DNA of 64,000 bases from Octopus sinensis. Its lineage: Eukaryota. The stretch spans positions 29,698,001-29,762,000 of the forward strand of contig NC_043020.1 in the NCBI RefSeq assembly GCF_006345805.1, in the 5' to 3' direction. Each line of letters begins with the position of its first letter. Position 1 is the stretch's first letter. Below are positions 12,747-24,961 of the stretch, in pieces. Below the pieces are notes generated by a model. It saw nothing but the letters and a program-made list of their open reading frames with translations, made no database searches and was not told where the DNA came from. The translations under genes were made by a program, and so were the position numbers.

Positions 12747-14260
12747 GTCGTCTGCTTCTCTCATTCTCTCTCTCTCGTCTGCTTCTCTCATTCTCTCTCT
12801 CTCGTCTGCTTCTCTCATTCTCTCTCTCTCGTCTGCTTCTCTCATTCTCTCTCTCTCGTCTGCTTTTCTTTTTCATTGAATAAACCCCAGATCCGTCCAA
12901 ACCGAGGCAGATGTGTGTCTCTTCTCTCTGTCTTTACGTGAGCGCGCGCGTACTATGTGCGTGTGTAATACATGAATAAATTATGTAAATGACGAACTTC
13001 CTTTTCACAGTATAAAAATCGCTATGAACCTGCTTCTACACTATTCGTTTTATGGGGCCCCGTCAGCACTGTTTCTACTACTGACACTACTACAACCGCT
13101 TCTCTCTCTCTCTCTAAGCCACACCTACTTTGCGTGTGTGCAGGCGCGTGTTCAGGGTGGGTCGTTGAGAGACAAATAATACTCAGGAAGACTTGATACC
13201 GTTTCTCTCTTTTTTTTTAATCGATCAACTGCTGTGAATTCACGTCTCGATATCTTAATTATAAATAGTAGTAGTAGTAGTAGTAATTAATTTTTTCTTT
13301 CTTTTTTTTTTTTACTATTAGTACGTCTAGTAGTGGTGGTATTATGAGTATTTCTTCACCGAATTTTGGCCACGACTATCACTACTTCTTTCGTTCCTCA
13401 CTGCTATTACCACCAGCACCACCGGTAGTCTGAAAAGTACTACTACTGCTACAACTAATAATATTACTACACGTACTATTACTACCACCACCGCCACTAC
13501 ATTTAACTACCGCTGCTTTTTACTACCGCTTAATTCCGCTGCTGCTTTGAGGAATAAATTACATTGACCATTTTATGAAATTTAACCTTTAATTAAGCGA
13601 AGTAATGATTGTAATTAAACTAATCTACCTTGTTTGCAATTAAACTAAACGAATCTACATTCTTCAATGTTATAAATCTCGAAATAATAACCGTGGGTTC
13701 CTTCTTTCGTTTGCATTTCCATTTCGTTTTCTTTTTTAACTCAATTCCTTAAATAATTCTGTTTAATTATATGTTAATGAGAATCGGATTCCTGGATGAA
13801 TTAATTCCCAATATAACGATATATTAGACGTGTGCTGGTGATATCGAAATGGAAGAATTCAAATGGAAATTAAATAAATTATAGACGAATGCTGAGGAGC
13901 AAGTGAGAAGCGGAAAGGGAAAAATAAAGCTCGTACGAACCGAATTTGCAATGCGGTTTCGCTTTTTGGTTGGGGCCCATGTCGTTTCCCCTTAAGTATT
14001 TGTGTCATGTCGAAAGAAATGTATGAATGTCACAACTTCGTATTCACCCCACCTTTTTACTGTTGAAAATACGGCAGTTTTTTGAGGGTATTTTTTTTTT
14101 TTTTTGTGAGGAGGGGCTGATAAAAAAAGGCTCAATTGTGTGTGCGAGTGTGTTTGCGTTAAGGTGTGTGTGTGTGTGAGAGAGAGAAAGGACGGTTCTT
14201 TGGATCGATATGGGGGAGAATCCGTTGCCCGCGGACAAAATTTCGCCTGCATTCAGATCT
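12130..14260. promoter_or_regulatory. CpG-rich, SINE-free promoter-like region (possibly bidirectional)
   Basis: Dense CpG (CGCGCG runs), CCAAT near 12139, GC-box-like GGGCGG/CCGCCC near 12289 and 12443, Inr-like TCAGTC on minus near 12680, CT/GA repeats, and a strong minus-strand donor TAG|GTATGC at 12313/12312. Confidence 0.55.
12752..12865. repeat. 27-bp CT-rich tandem repeat, ~4 copies
   Basis: Unit CTGCTTCTCTCATTCTCTCTCTCTCGT. Confidence 0.9.
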
Positions 14261-14805
14261 GAAACCGTTTGTGGACAAAGTCTCTGAAAATACTATTTAA
14301 AAGATAAGAGAGATAAGAGAGAAAAGAAGAAGAAAAACCCAGCTTAGGCCTTAAAACCACCAAAGTAATCAAATAATATATGAATAAGCTACATGCATCA
14401 TCTATGGAATTGTAAAAGTGAAGGTACTTTGATATTTTCCACCATAGATGCGTCACTTCAAAATCGCCCTTGGTTATTAGGGGGAGAGAGAGAGAAGGGT
14501 CTCCACCTGTTTTGACTGACTCTTTACAAATCCTTTTATACACTTCATGATGTGTAATGTCTGCATTAAAAACCATTATTGACGGAAAGTTCACACGGCC
14601 GCATGCACACATATGTGAGCATATTATGTATGTATGTATATATGCAGTGGCAAAACTAAAAAAAAAAAAAGCAGAAGGAAGAAGTGGTGGGGGAGAGGAA
14701 AAGGTGAAAAATCAATATATTACTCATTCTGCTTGTCTTCGCCGGCCGGCAACTATTGCAAATACGACATGGTGGCTTAAATAAAAGCTAATTGGGTGCA
14801 CAGCT

Positions 14806-14928
14806 TGCTCTCTCCAACTTCTTCTCTCTCTCTCTCTCTCCCTCCCTCCTTGCCTCTCTCTCTCCCTCCATCCTTGCCTCTCTCTCTCTCTCCCTCCTTG
14901 CCTTTCTCTCTCTCTTTTCCTCCAACCT

Positions 14929-15026
<98 letters not shown>

Positions 15027-15045
15027 ACACACACACACACACACA
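14806..15045. repeat. Compound (CT)n/(CA)n microsatellite
   Basis: Seen directly in sequence. Confidence 0.95.
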
Positions 15046-15262
15046 AATTCATGACATGTCTTCAGGAATAAACAAATAATACATAGAAATAATACAAATA
15101 TGTTTCACAAATAGCAGCCGTTATGATAAACGTGGGCGATTAGACATTGCAACGCTGCACGTATCAGTCAGAAGAAGACACAACAATGGAACGAATCAGC
15201 AGAACCTACGAAGATCTCTTAAACATGCGGCTAAATAAATAAACACACGCACGATCCATAAT

Positions 15263-15700
15263 TAAGGCGGCGACCTGACAAAAACCGTTAACACGCCGGA
15301 CAAAACGCTTAGCGGCATTTTGTCCGGCTTTACTACGTTCTAACTTCAGATACCGCCGAGGTCGGCTTTGCCTTTTGTCCTTTCGAGGTCGATAAAATTA
15401 TTAGGGCTGATGTAATCCATTTGCTTCCTCCCCTAAAAACTTCTGACCTTGTGCCAAATTTAGAAGGAAGGAAAACATTATTAAGGTGCTGAGCTGGCAG
15501 AATTATTAGTGCGTCGGACAAAACGTTTAGCGTCATTTCTTCCGGCTCTTTACGTTCTGAGTTCAAATGTCGCCGAGGGCATCTTTGCTTTTTATCCTTT
15601 TAGGGTCGATAAAATAAGTACCCGTTCAGCAGTGGGGTCGATCTAACCGACTAACCCTTACCCTTGAAACTGTTACCCTGTGCCAAAATTTGAAATCACT
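15263..15700 (+). mobile_element. Two tandem SINE family B copies (CpG largely retained)
   Basis: Heads AAGGCGGCGACCTG at ~15263 and AAGGTGCTGAGCTGGCAG at ~15483; both carry the CCTTT...GGTCGATAAAAT body. Confidence 0.8.
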
Positions 15701-16089
15701 ATTATTAGTGATGTGTGACTAAAAGGGATTCATTTTCGCCATATTCCGGACAGAATCGTCTGTTTAATCCTCTCCCACCTCATTCATTAACCATGCGTTA
15801 AGTTTCACTAAGATACGTTTCTTTATTGGTCACACAAGGCTGAACACAGAGGGGACAAAATACAAAGTAGAGCTTTTCTTTTTGAGAGGAAAAAAGTGGT
15901 GGGGTGAAGCATTTCGATCAAAAGGGATCGTGGAGGAAAAAAAAAAAGGCCGATCAATAGGGATCGTGTATCACAAGATAAAAACTCCTTTGGTCTTCTG
16001 CCAGCTCGCCGCCTGATTAGGAAGACAAGAAGACATTGCAAGTAAGACGGGGTCAAACCACTCGACTGTCAAATGGAATTATTCAGTAC

Positions 16090-16400
16090 AGTTCCATCCA
16101 TTCATTTTTGCTGGGAGAGCCGTTGGGGTAGAATTCTCAGGTACCTCCTCCATAAGGTCCTATCATTTTCCTGCTGGATTCCCAACTACAACCAACTGAA
16201 ACGATGGATGTTATCCAGCCAATTCGCTGTAGGTTTGCTCTTAGATTTCCTGTCGGCTGGCGTTGGCTCGTCTTGAAGTAGCCATCTTGCGGTCCTTTCT
16301 TGCGAGTGAAATCACTAAATTCCTCTGCCCTTCTGACCACTCTACACTGTAATCACTCCAGTCCAGTTTGATCCACTGGTCAATGCACGCACCCCAACTG
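16090..16400 (-). mobile_element. Degenerate RTE-like LINE 3' end
   Basis: Minus frame fragment WLDNI...ENDRTLWRR resembles the RTE C-terminal W-D-I...DR--WR motif; short GAAT/GGAT tail; stops present. Confidence 0.45.
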
Positions 16401-16929
16401 ACCCCAGTTCATCTATCGGTCACCGAAGAAGTCATTGGTAACTTTACTCGCCAGTGAGGTTATATTATTCCAGCGTTTCTCAAAGCGGAGAAGCGCTGCC
16501 TCCTGGCTGGGGACGGGGTGACGCTGGAATATTTTACAGGGGTACCGCAACGAAGAGATGTTAGAAGTAACGGATGCATCTTTTACCTAGATTTCAAAGA
16601 CATTTCCAACCTTTATTCTGTGCGAATATATCTGGTAATATTATGATCAAAATGCTTAGTGGTATTTCGTCTATCTTGACTTTCTGAGTTCAAATTCCTC
16701 TGCCCCCACTCCCGGAACTGCAGGCATTATGCCAAAATTTGAAACAATGTTTTAATCAAAATGTTGTATTGACATTCTACATTAAATCGATGAAATGACT
16801 TGGGTGCAAGGAGTGTTGTAAAAGCCATCAACCTGTCGGCAGTAATTTTTTGTGGCATATTTAATTTTGTTGAATCGTCACAAGGCGACATTGAAAGAGT
16901 GTTAGTAAAAGAAATGGATCGATAGTTTA

Positions 16930-17400
16930 AGACGTTTGAGAAGCATTGCGTTAACTGATCACTTATGAATCGATTGTCGTTGAAAGAGTCTCTGAAATCC
17001 CCAAATTGCCGATAAGGTTGTTGATCGCTGATCACTTATTGGTGGCATAAACTGCCTACAAGGCTGTCTCAACTGATCATTTAGTTACTGCTGACATAAT
17101 CCATGAAATTATTGGCGGCTCAAAATGTCTGTAAGGCTGTCTCGACTGATCTGTTGAATGCCGGTGACAGAAACGGCTGTAAGTCTCACAGCCGATCTGT
17201 TGATTACTGGTGACTTATGATGAAGTTATTGGTGAACCAAAACGTCCGTAAGGCTCTCTCTCAAAACGTTTTTCAATGCTGTCTTAACTAATCTGCTGAA
17301 CGCTGATGACCCAAAAAGTCTTTAAGGTTTTCTCAATTGAGCTGTTCAACGCCGATGACGTTTGTCAGTGACGAAGTGACAGGTGAATAGGAACATCAAT
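16930..17400. repeat. Old degenerate ~45-bp tandem repeat
   Basis: Recurring AAA-GTCTGTAAGGCTGTCTC-ACTGATCTGTTGAA-GC-GRTGAC-like units at ~17049, 17123, 17171, 17240, 17264 and 17313. Confidence 0.65.
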
Positions 17401-18475
17401 AATAATCTTTTTTATCAAGCTTTATTGATCACAAATGTTTTTCGTGGCTGACTCATTGGTCTGTAAAGGAATCGTTGAGATCCCTAACAATGGAATAAAA
17501 CACATCGGTAGAAGAGACTAATCGACAGTGCAGCCAGCGTCGTCTTTTCGACGATGTGGATAATTAAGCGCAGTGGTAGTCATCGTAACAGCGACGGTGG
17601 TGGTGGTATACTACTACTACTTTTGCTACTACTACTACAACTACTACTAATACTACTACTATTAGTGGTGGTGGTGGTGGTGGCGATGCGTTAGCGGCAA
17701 CAATGACAGTAGCATTGATAGTGGTTGTTGTCCTGATCGAACAGATGAAAGACGTTTCAGCCGTGACCATCCTGTCTATTTCCAGATCACATTAGCCAAC
17801 ATGATGTAATCGATTATCCTCCTTCCCCAATTTTCAGGCTTTGTGCCTATAGGAGAAAGGATTGTCCAACATGTTCTTATAGTTTAAGGTTCACAAAAAT
17901 GCCTTGTGGTTGTTTGGTTACTCCTCTTTATGCTTTGAGTAAAAAAATTAGAGGGGGGGGGAGAGTACTGCCGAGATCAACGGAGCCTCCTCTCGTCCTG
18001 TCAGAGTAGATTTAATATTTCCATAAAGCATCTTGAAGGTGTAAATAAAAATGTCACCTCGGACAAAGAGTGACCGCGTAAGACCTCTCCCTCCACCTCC
18101 GCCCTTCGTTGGTTCCTCGCATTGAGGGTGGTAGGGGTGGCGGCGGTGCTTGTAGTATCAACAGCTGTTGTAATGCAATAATCGGGGGGAGGGGGTGGAA
18201 TTCACTTCGCTCGCGCGCGCACCTAAGATATTGAGGAATAAATACTTGAAATTATAGCGAAAATATTTTTGTGCAAAGCGATTTGTGAGAGCTTAATGGA
18301 GGGTTTTGGGGCTTCTTTTTTTGATGTGCACTTTAAAAAAATACGCATACACTTAGAAATCAAATCGAGCTACACATGATAGATAGATAGATCGTTAGAT
18401 AGACATAGATAGATGGATAGATAGATAGATAGATAATGGTGATGCAAACAGGAAAAATAGAGCTCAAAATATGAG

Positions 18476-18614
18476 TGTCGACTTTGCCTTTCATCCTTTC
18501 GGGGTCGATTAAATAAGTACCAGTTACGCACTGGGGTCGATGTAATCGACTTAATCCGTTTGTCTGTCCTTGTTTGCCCCTTTGTGTTTAGCCCCATGTG
18601 GACAATAAAGAAAT
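18476..18614 (+). mobile_element. SINE family B, 3' half
   Basis: GTCGACTTTGCCTTTCATCCTTTCGGGGTCGAT...AAAGAAATA. Confidence 0.85.
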
Positions 18615-19597
18615 AATATATATTAATATTTATCTGAAGCAACGGTGGCTCAAGGTCCGAGTGTTTCGTGCGTTCACACTTATCAGTCGTATGTATACAG
18701 AATAAGAGAAAGAGAGAAACCTGAAAACAAACTATTCGAATGACAGCGAAGGTTAACCCCTTTCGATTAACCAGAGAAGTGGTTGGTTTTCGACTTCGGT
18801 GTTACGCTTATGAAAATCGAAGGCATGTCTGTTCAAGATAGATATGCTATAATCCTCAGAGTGTGTGAATAGCATTAATTTTCAACCGAGGAAAAGCGAA
18901 GACAGATTCATGTTAGGAGAGAGAGAGATAGTTCTGCTTGCATCCAGTATTAAATCTCTCTCTTTTTCCCACATACCTTACAGTAGTACTACACGCCGAA
19001 TAAAACGTGTGCACCATTTTCATTCTTATTATAACTGCTACCGCTTATATAGCAGATATATATATAAGCCCCAGTGCCTGCTGACACACTCGGGCATAGC
19101 TCTTATTTCTTTTTTCTACTCCTATACACTGACGCACGCACCGAGGCCTACACCGCATAGTTTACCACCACCACTACCATCATCATCGTCGTCATCACTA
19201 CAATAACCCCCCCCCTCGTGCTCACTATCACCTCCCCTTCAAAACTGCCACATACACCCTGCTTCTATTTCCTCGCCTATTTAATGTCCCTCCACCCTCC
19301 ACTCCTTCACAAGCTTCTTGCCTCGTTCTTTCCCTCCTCCTCCTCCTCTTGCCTTCCCTCTTCTTCTCCGTCTCCTTTGTGCGCCTATCGCTATCTAGCA
19401 GTTCTCCTCCCCTTCTCTTGCTCTTTCTCTCTTTTTCCCCCTTTTCCGTTTCTCTCTCTCTCTGTCTCTCTTTCCTTCGTCTCCCCCCCTCTCTAGTAGC
19501 AGCAGTAGAAGTACAAGAAACAGCAGCAGCAGCAGTCTGTCTGTCTGTCTGATTGTTAAAGCCATTTGGAATACATAGAGACGACACTCCGTCAAAA

Positions 19598-19642
19598 ATG
19601 ACCAGCAGGACGCCTGTCAAGAAAGTCCCCATCCACTTACAG
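19598..19642 (+). CDS. DPYS: Dihydropyrimidinase / collapsin response mediator protein (CRMP), coding exon 1
   Basis: TCAAAA-ATG context; encodes MTSRTPVKKVPIHLQ; perfect donor CAG|GTAAGT (phase 0). PVKKVPIHLQ-SAQ matches the N-terminus of invertebrate CRMP/DHP as I recall it for Drosophila CRMP. Confidence 0.93.
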
Positions 19643-19845
19643 GTAAGTGGACACTACACTGTTCATAAGGGACACTGTCTACCGTTTTGGGGGGACCTTT
19701 TTTTTCCCCCCAAAGGTCCATCTCCGAATTTATTTCCTCACACATCCAAAAAAAAAACCCTCCCTCTCTCTGTCACCGTTTCATAACTAAACTATCCGAC
19801 GTATCTGGCAATGTGCGTGTGTGCCCTTTCTATATATATGTGTGC

Positions 19846-19893
<48 letters not shown>

Positions 19894-20729
19894 GTGTGGG
19901 GCGGGGTAGTGCGTTAGTTATTTGCCTTTGATTAGTAATACGGTAAGGGGTCAAATTATAATTAAGTGTCCAGTATATTTTAAACCTCCCGATTTAATAA
20001 TAGTTCCTTCTTAATTGACCTTTTGCGGCAACCACACATGCACACCGACCACATGATATTGTTATATATGTACAATTTATTGACAGGGACTTCGAATTTC
20101 CGCAGGTGATCGCCTGTTTTCTATAAATATATTTATAGAGAGAGAGAAAGAGAGATCTGTCTATATGTCTATTTCATGTGTGTGAAGTGAATTTCCGCGC
20201 ATTTATTTCGCTATATCCTGGTCCACGTCGTGACCGATCTCTCTTTCAATCTACTTATTAGTACATGGGAATATTTTCGGAGACAATCTGAACGGCTCAG
20301 TCTAGATGTGGCCGCCCACCCTGTGTCGGTGGTGGTGGTTGTAAAAGTCACGATGCCACCGTTTTACAGTGGTTGCATTGTAGACTCGCTGACATCCCCC
20401 CTTCGTATATCTTCTTCTCCGCTGCTTCACTTGCGATGCCCCTCCATTTCCCACTGTATTATACATTAGCAATTTCATTAGCTAATAAAGTGTATTTTAT
20501 CATCTTGTATGAAATGTTGTCTCTTCTTTCCATTATTAAGAATGTCATGCACGATGCATGGCCGGAGGTGGAGATCTTAACTGTTAAAGATTTGTGTGTT
20601 CGCATCCTCGAACTGTTTTCTCTACCGTTTATCATACACACACACATTAATAATATATATTTGCAGTACTTGGTCATTAAATATTCCCTCCTCCTATTCT
20701 CGTAGTTATTAAATAGAGGTGAAAGGGAC

Positions 20730-21227
20730 CAAGCCGGATGAAAAAGGTCAGACAAGCTAAACTGCATAGACAGCTGCTACTGTTAAACAGCCCCTCTCTG
20801 TAAATGCATATTTGCCGGTGTCACGATCGGAGTATTTGACCGGCGATTCCTGCCGGCCTCTTGGCCATTTCGAGACCGGCACGATTCGGTTTTCCTCGGT
20901 GGCCATTTGTTTTCTGAGATCGTTCGTTTTTTCTGTCGTTGTGAATAAAGCAAATGCGGTACAATTGGAAAATTACAAAAATTATCGAAGCACATTGGAC
21001 TTAATACACTGCCCGAGGGACACCTTCCTTACTGTACAGGGACGTTCGTGGGATCGTACTTAGGGGCAGTGCTAGATAAAAGCATCGGTTTTAGGGGTTG
21101 CTGCCCAGGTGTCTCTCTGCTAACTGGAGGGCCTCCAGAGATATCGAGAAGTTACTGAAAATATTACTGAAGTGGGCCTTGTAGTACTTCGTTATCTAGG
21201 GGCCTATAAAATATTAATCCGGCTTTA
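20730..21227. mobile_element. Possible old hAT-type MITE
   Basis: Imperfect termini CAAGCCGGAT ... TTAATCCGGCTT with subterminal GGGCC motifs; no clear TSD. Confidence 0.3.
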
Positions 21228-21375
21228 CTTTAAGAATAATAATTTCACCTACAAATAAAAATGAAATATAAATTTATGGCTGATTACTCATTATGGTAAT
21301 TATATATGATCAATGAACTGTACCACACACACACACATTCACTGTACAGAATGCTGCTTACTCTACTTCTACTAC

Positions 21376-21412
21376 TATAAAGCAGCACTATGTGTGATGT
21401 AATCTCAGTCAC
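21376..21412 (+). promoter_or_regulatory. Candidate internal core promoter (TATA box + Inr)
   Basis: TATAAA at 21376-21381 and Inr TCAGTC at 21405-21410 (A+1 = 21407, TATA at -31, canonical spacing); downstream donor GAT|GTGAGT at 21578/21579. Confidence 0.5.
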
Positions 21413-22825
21413 CATTCTTAGTTCCAAGACATCACTGCTAGCATCATCAACCTGCTTCTTATTCTCAGCAGCTTATAAGCCTCGGTTCGCGCTTCCAGAT
21501 TTCATGATCGACACCAGTTAGCTTTCTTTGGCCCTTGCCTTAGGCGAGATAATCTGCTCGGATAATCCTGGCTTCGATGTGAGTGTGTGCAGATAATGTT
21601 ATATCAGTAGATAATAACTACTGCTCGAGTGTGCAAACAGGCTGACAACCATTCCTCTCGCCGCTGTGTGTGAGAGAGAGAGACACACACACACGCACAC
21701 AGTAGGAATTCTGATGTGTTGCAAGACGAACGGTGGCTTTGCTGTCGTCGATCACAAACCGATCCTCGGTTTGCTTCTCTCATCGACGACCACCAACTTC
21801 CACTTCAATATCACTATCACTACTATAATAGACAAATAGGTCAGATCCAGCACTGGCTGTCACGTCGTTAACATCACCGCATACAGAATTCATTATTCTC
21901 GTGCTAATATCTAACCAGCCATGGCGAAATATACCGTCACACTCAATAATTTGCTGCATGAAAAGTTAATAGCATTTTCTGTGAAAAGTATCTGTTATAA
22001 TTTCACCGTAATTTCATATTTTAATTATGTGTATCTTTGGCTGCGGCTTCAGTCATCCTATACGGAATCGGGCCACATGAAGCTTATAACTTTCAAAGAA
22101 CCTGTTTGGTAATTATGAGCGGTTAATATGATGAAATTAGACTGTCGAAATTGGATGAGAGGACGTTCTAGGCGTTTAGCTAATGCGGTACAGGCCTTTC
22201 GGTATTTAGTGAAAGTTGGTAAATTTAGGTTCTGCAACAGAAAGATGAGAATCTTGGCGTTTCTAGTTTAAACTTTCGTCGGAGAGAGAGAGAAATATGC
22301 ACCCCCCTTCTCTCTCTCTCTCTTTCACACACATTCATAGAATGATTCACTTTTCCCCACGGCTTAATACGAACTTAACCACATTTACCTACTGTATTGC
22401 CTACGTAGATACACCACCACTAGTTTTTTCCTTCATACCCTAGTTTTGGCTTCGTTTTCTTCTGACTTCAAATACTGCTGAGGTCGATGAAATACGTACG
22501 ATCCACGTATACAGGGGTCGATTAAAACGACCCACGTCCCCAACCTCTGTTCTCAATATTCTTTTTTTTATATATATATATATATATAGCTTTGTGTCAA
22601 TGGGAGAAATCAATATTAAATTCTAGTGTGTGTGAATAGTTCTTTTCGTGTTTGAGGGACTCATTTTTATGTATTTAATATAACATTTACATCCAGGAAA
22701 ATTCTATCATTTATCTTTAGTTTCCTGTTAACTACTTTTGTACATTTCAAAATCTAAAATGTCGTTTAATTATCCTCATGGATCTCGATTCTGGTTTCCA
22801 CCACGACTGCTAGATTTCCTCAGCC

Positions 22826-22956
22826 ATTTCCATGGTAACCTACGTGGCTCAGCTAATTGCCCTGTGATCCTCCTTATTGGTTATTTGAGCAAGGTAACCA
22901 TAGTGACATATACAACATCATAGCAGTTGGCCGTATCACGGTGTGTCTATGGCTAC
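22826..22956. promoter_or_regulatory. Cluster of three RFX X-box-like motifs plus CCAAT
   Basis: ATTTCCATGGTAAC (22826-39), GTAACCATAGTGAC (22894-907), GTGTCTATGGCTAC (22943-56); ATTGG at ~22876. Confidence 0.4.
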
Positions 22957-24438
22957 CACTTGAGCTTAGAGCTTTCAGAAGTAACACCTCCCTTCCCGCC
23001 TTATAATAATAATACATGACCCTATTTTCGTCCAACACGAAAACCATTGAGAAAGTGTGTGTGTGGTGATTGTTCTCTGTCGCTTCGTTTCAACATGGGT
23101 TTTACTTAATATCATTATCAGTTTCAGCCAGAAGCTATGGTCATGCTAAAGTACCGTCCTTTTTAAAGGTTTTGCTCACAGCAACCCGGTTTCCTCAACG
23201 TGTTGTGGCCGTAAACGATAACGAATTACATTTAATAAACCTCTGCTTTCACATTTTTAGTATTTATATATATTTGCTTTCAATCAGCTGATCTTGGAAG
23301 CATCATTGATATCACATGCCGAAATTCATATCCTTATATTTTAATTCTGACGTTTCTACAGAGATGGCCACTGCCTCTTGCGGTTTCTTGAAATCGGTGA
23401 AGTCAGATGGATATTTTCACTTTGGTCATTTTACAAGTTATTAACATCGAACTTAATTATAATACAATTGCACCAGAATTATCTTACATTTGTCGTTAAA
23501 TCCTAAACGGAGTTAACTGCTCTGCTTCTAAAATCTCAAAATCTCATTTGTAAACGTCAATTTAATAGACATAATTGAAATGTAATAATATGCAGATACT
23601 AATTATAATACAGCATTATTTCATTGACTGGAATACATTACAGATTTTGATGTCTGTTTCCAATATATTTGGAATTGCATTTTTACCCTTGCGTTTCCTC
23701 TCTGCCGGGGTCGATAAAATCGGTGTACTGCGAAGTACTAGGGTAGGGTATGATATGATCGACTAAAAACCCCTTAAAGACGGTGCCCTTGCGTGACCAC
23801 AGTCTTATGAATGGACCTAATAAAACGATGCTTGTTCGCCAAAAATTGTGTGTGTATGTATGTGTGAGGGTGTGTGTGTATATATATATATACACATACA
23901 CTTATATTACATATAACCTTCGCTAAATAAATTTCTGTTAATGATTTTGGTATCAAATGGTCAAACATTTATTTGCATAATTTGTGATATTGTATGATGT
24001 AAGTAGCCATTCAACATGAATATGCCGAATAAAAAGATATTCTAACACTGTAAAAGACACTCTAAAAAAATAGCTTTTGTGGTTATTTTAAAAAAACGAA
24101 CACGAAATTCTTTACTGTCGCTCGCACCTTATTTCACGTTACCTCGATTCGTTTTAAAAGACCAATAAATGTCTGCATCATCTTCATATTCTTTCCTTTG
24201 TCTTCATTAAAAGTGCAACTCCCCGGCTGTTTTCCATAAAGTCACCCGTTCTCGCCTCAATCAATGACTGATGTACGTTTTCTCCGCCCCACCTCTTGGA
24301 CTTATCTCTTTCTCTCTCTCTCCATGACATTTTAGCATCATTTAATTCTCTTCTCCACCATCGGGTCTTCTGCGGTTTTGCATCCGTATTTCGTTTTATT
24401 TTATCACCCTTTACATTTCAATTTCGAATCTATCGTAC

Positions 24439-24483
<45 letters not shown>

Positions 24484-24961
24484 TCTTATACGCGCTTCCT
24501 ATCTCTTCATTTATTTCCATTTACCATATCTCAGCTCACTTCCTTCCACCCATCCTTTGTCTTATCGCTTTATCCATCAGCCTTCTCCATCATTAATAAT
24601 ATTCCCGGTCGCATTCCTCATTTTTGTCGTCTTCGCTAGCTATATATGTACATACAATATATATAATCATCCATTCATTGGGAAAGCATTTATTCTACGT
24701 CCACTTATATATTCAATGAATAAGCTGTCAGCATCTCTCGTGTTTTGCATTGCACCAATTTTTATCCATTTTTGCAGTCCGTATGATTCACACACCACAC
24801 TGCACTGCCGTCATCATATACCGGCATTTTAACATAATATATTCATTGCTGCTACGTATCACTGCTGTTTCTATCGAATAATTCATTCACTGAGAGAAAA
24901 GCAGTCACCATACAGACTGGATGTCATTTTCATATGCCTTCTTGGGTATGTGTGTGTGTTA

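Noticed and set aside
13770-13910. Possible long-form CRMP first coding exon ending at CAA|GTGAGA
   Set aside because: The ATGs give only short closed ORFs, and the last would exit in phase 2, incompatible with phase-0 exon 2. A non-coding exon is not excluded.
14724-15079. ER/SL/HT-repeat ORFs (also 47117-47773, 55637-56090)
   Set aside because: Pure (CT)n/(CA)n microsatellite translations.
24296-24832. 178-aa ORF
   Set aside because: Non-ATG start, contains a (TA)n tract, low complexity, no splice or homology support.
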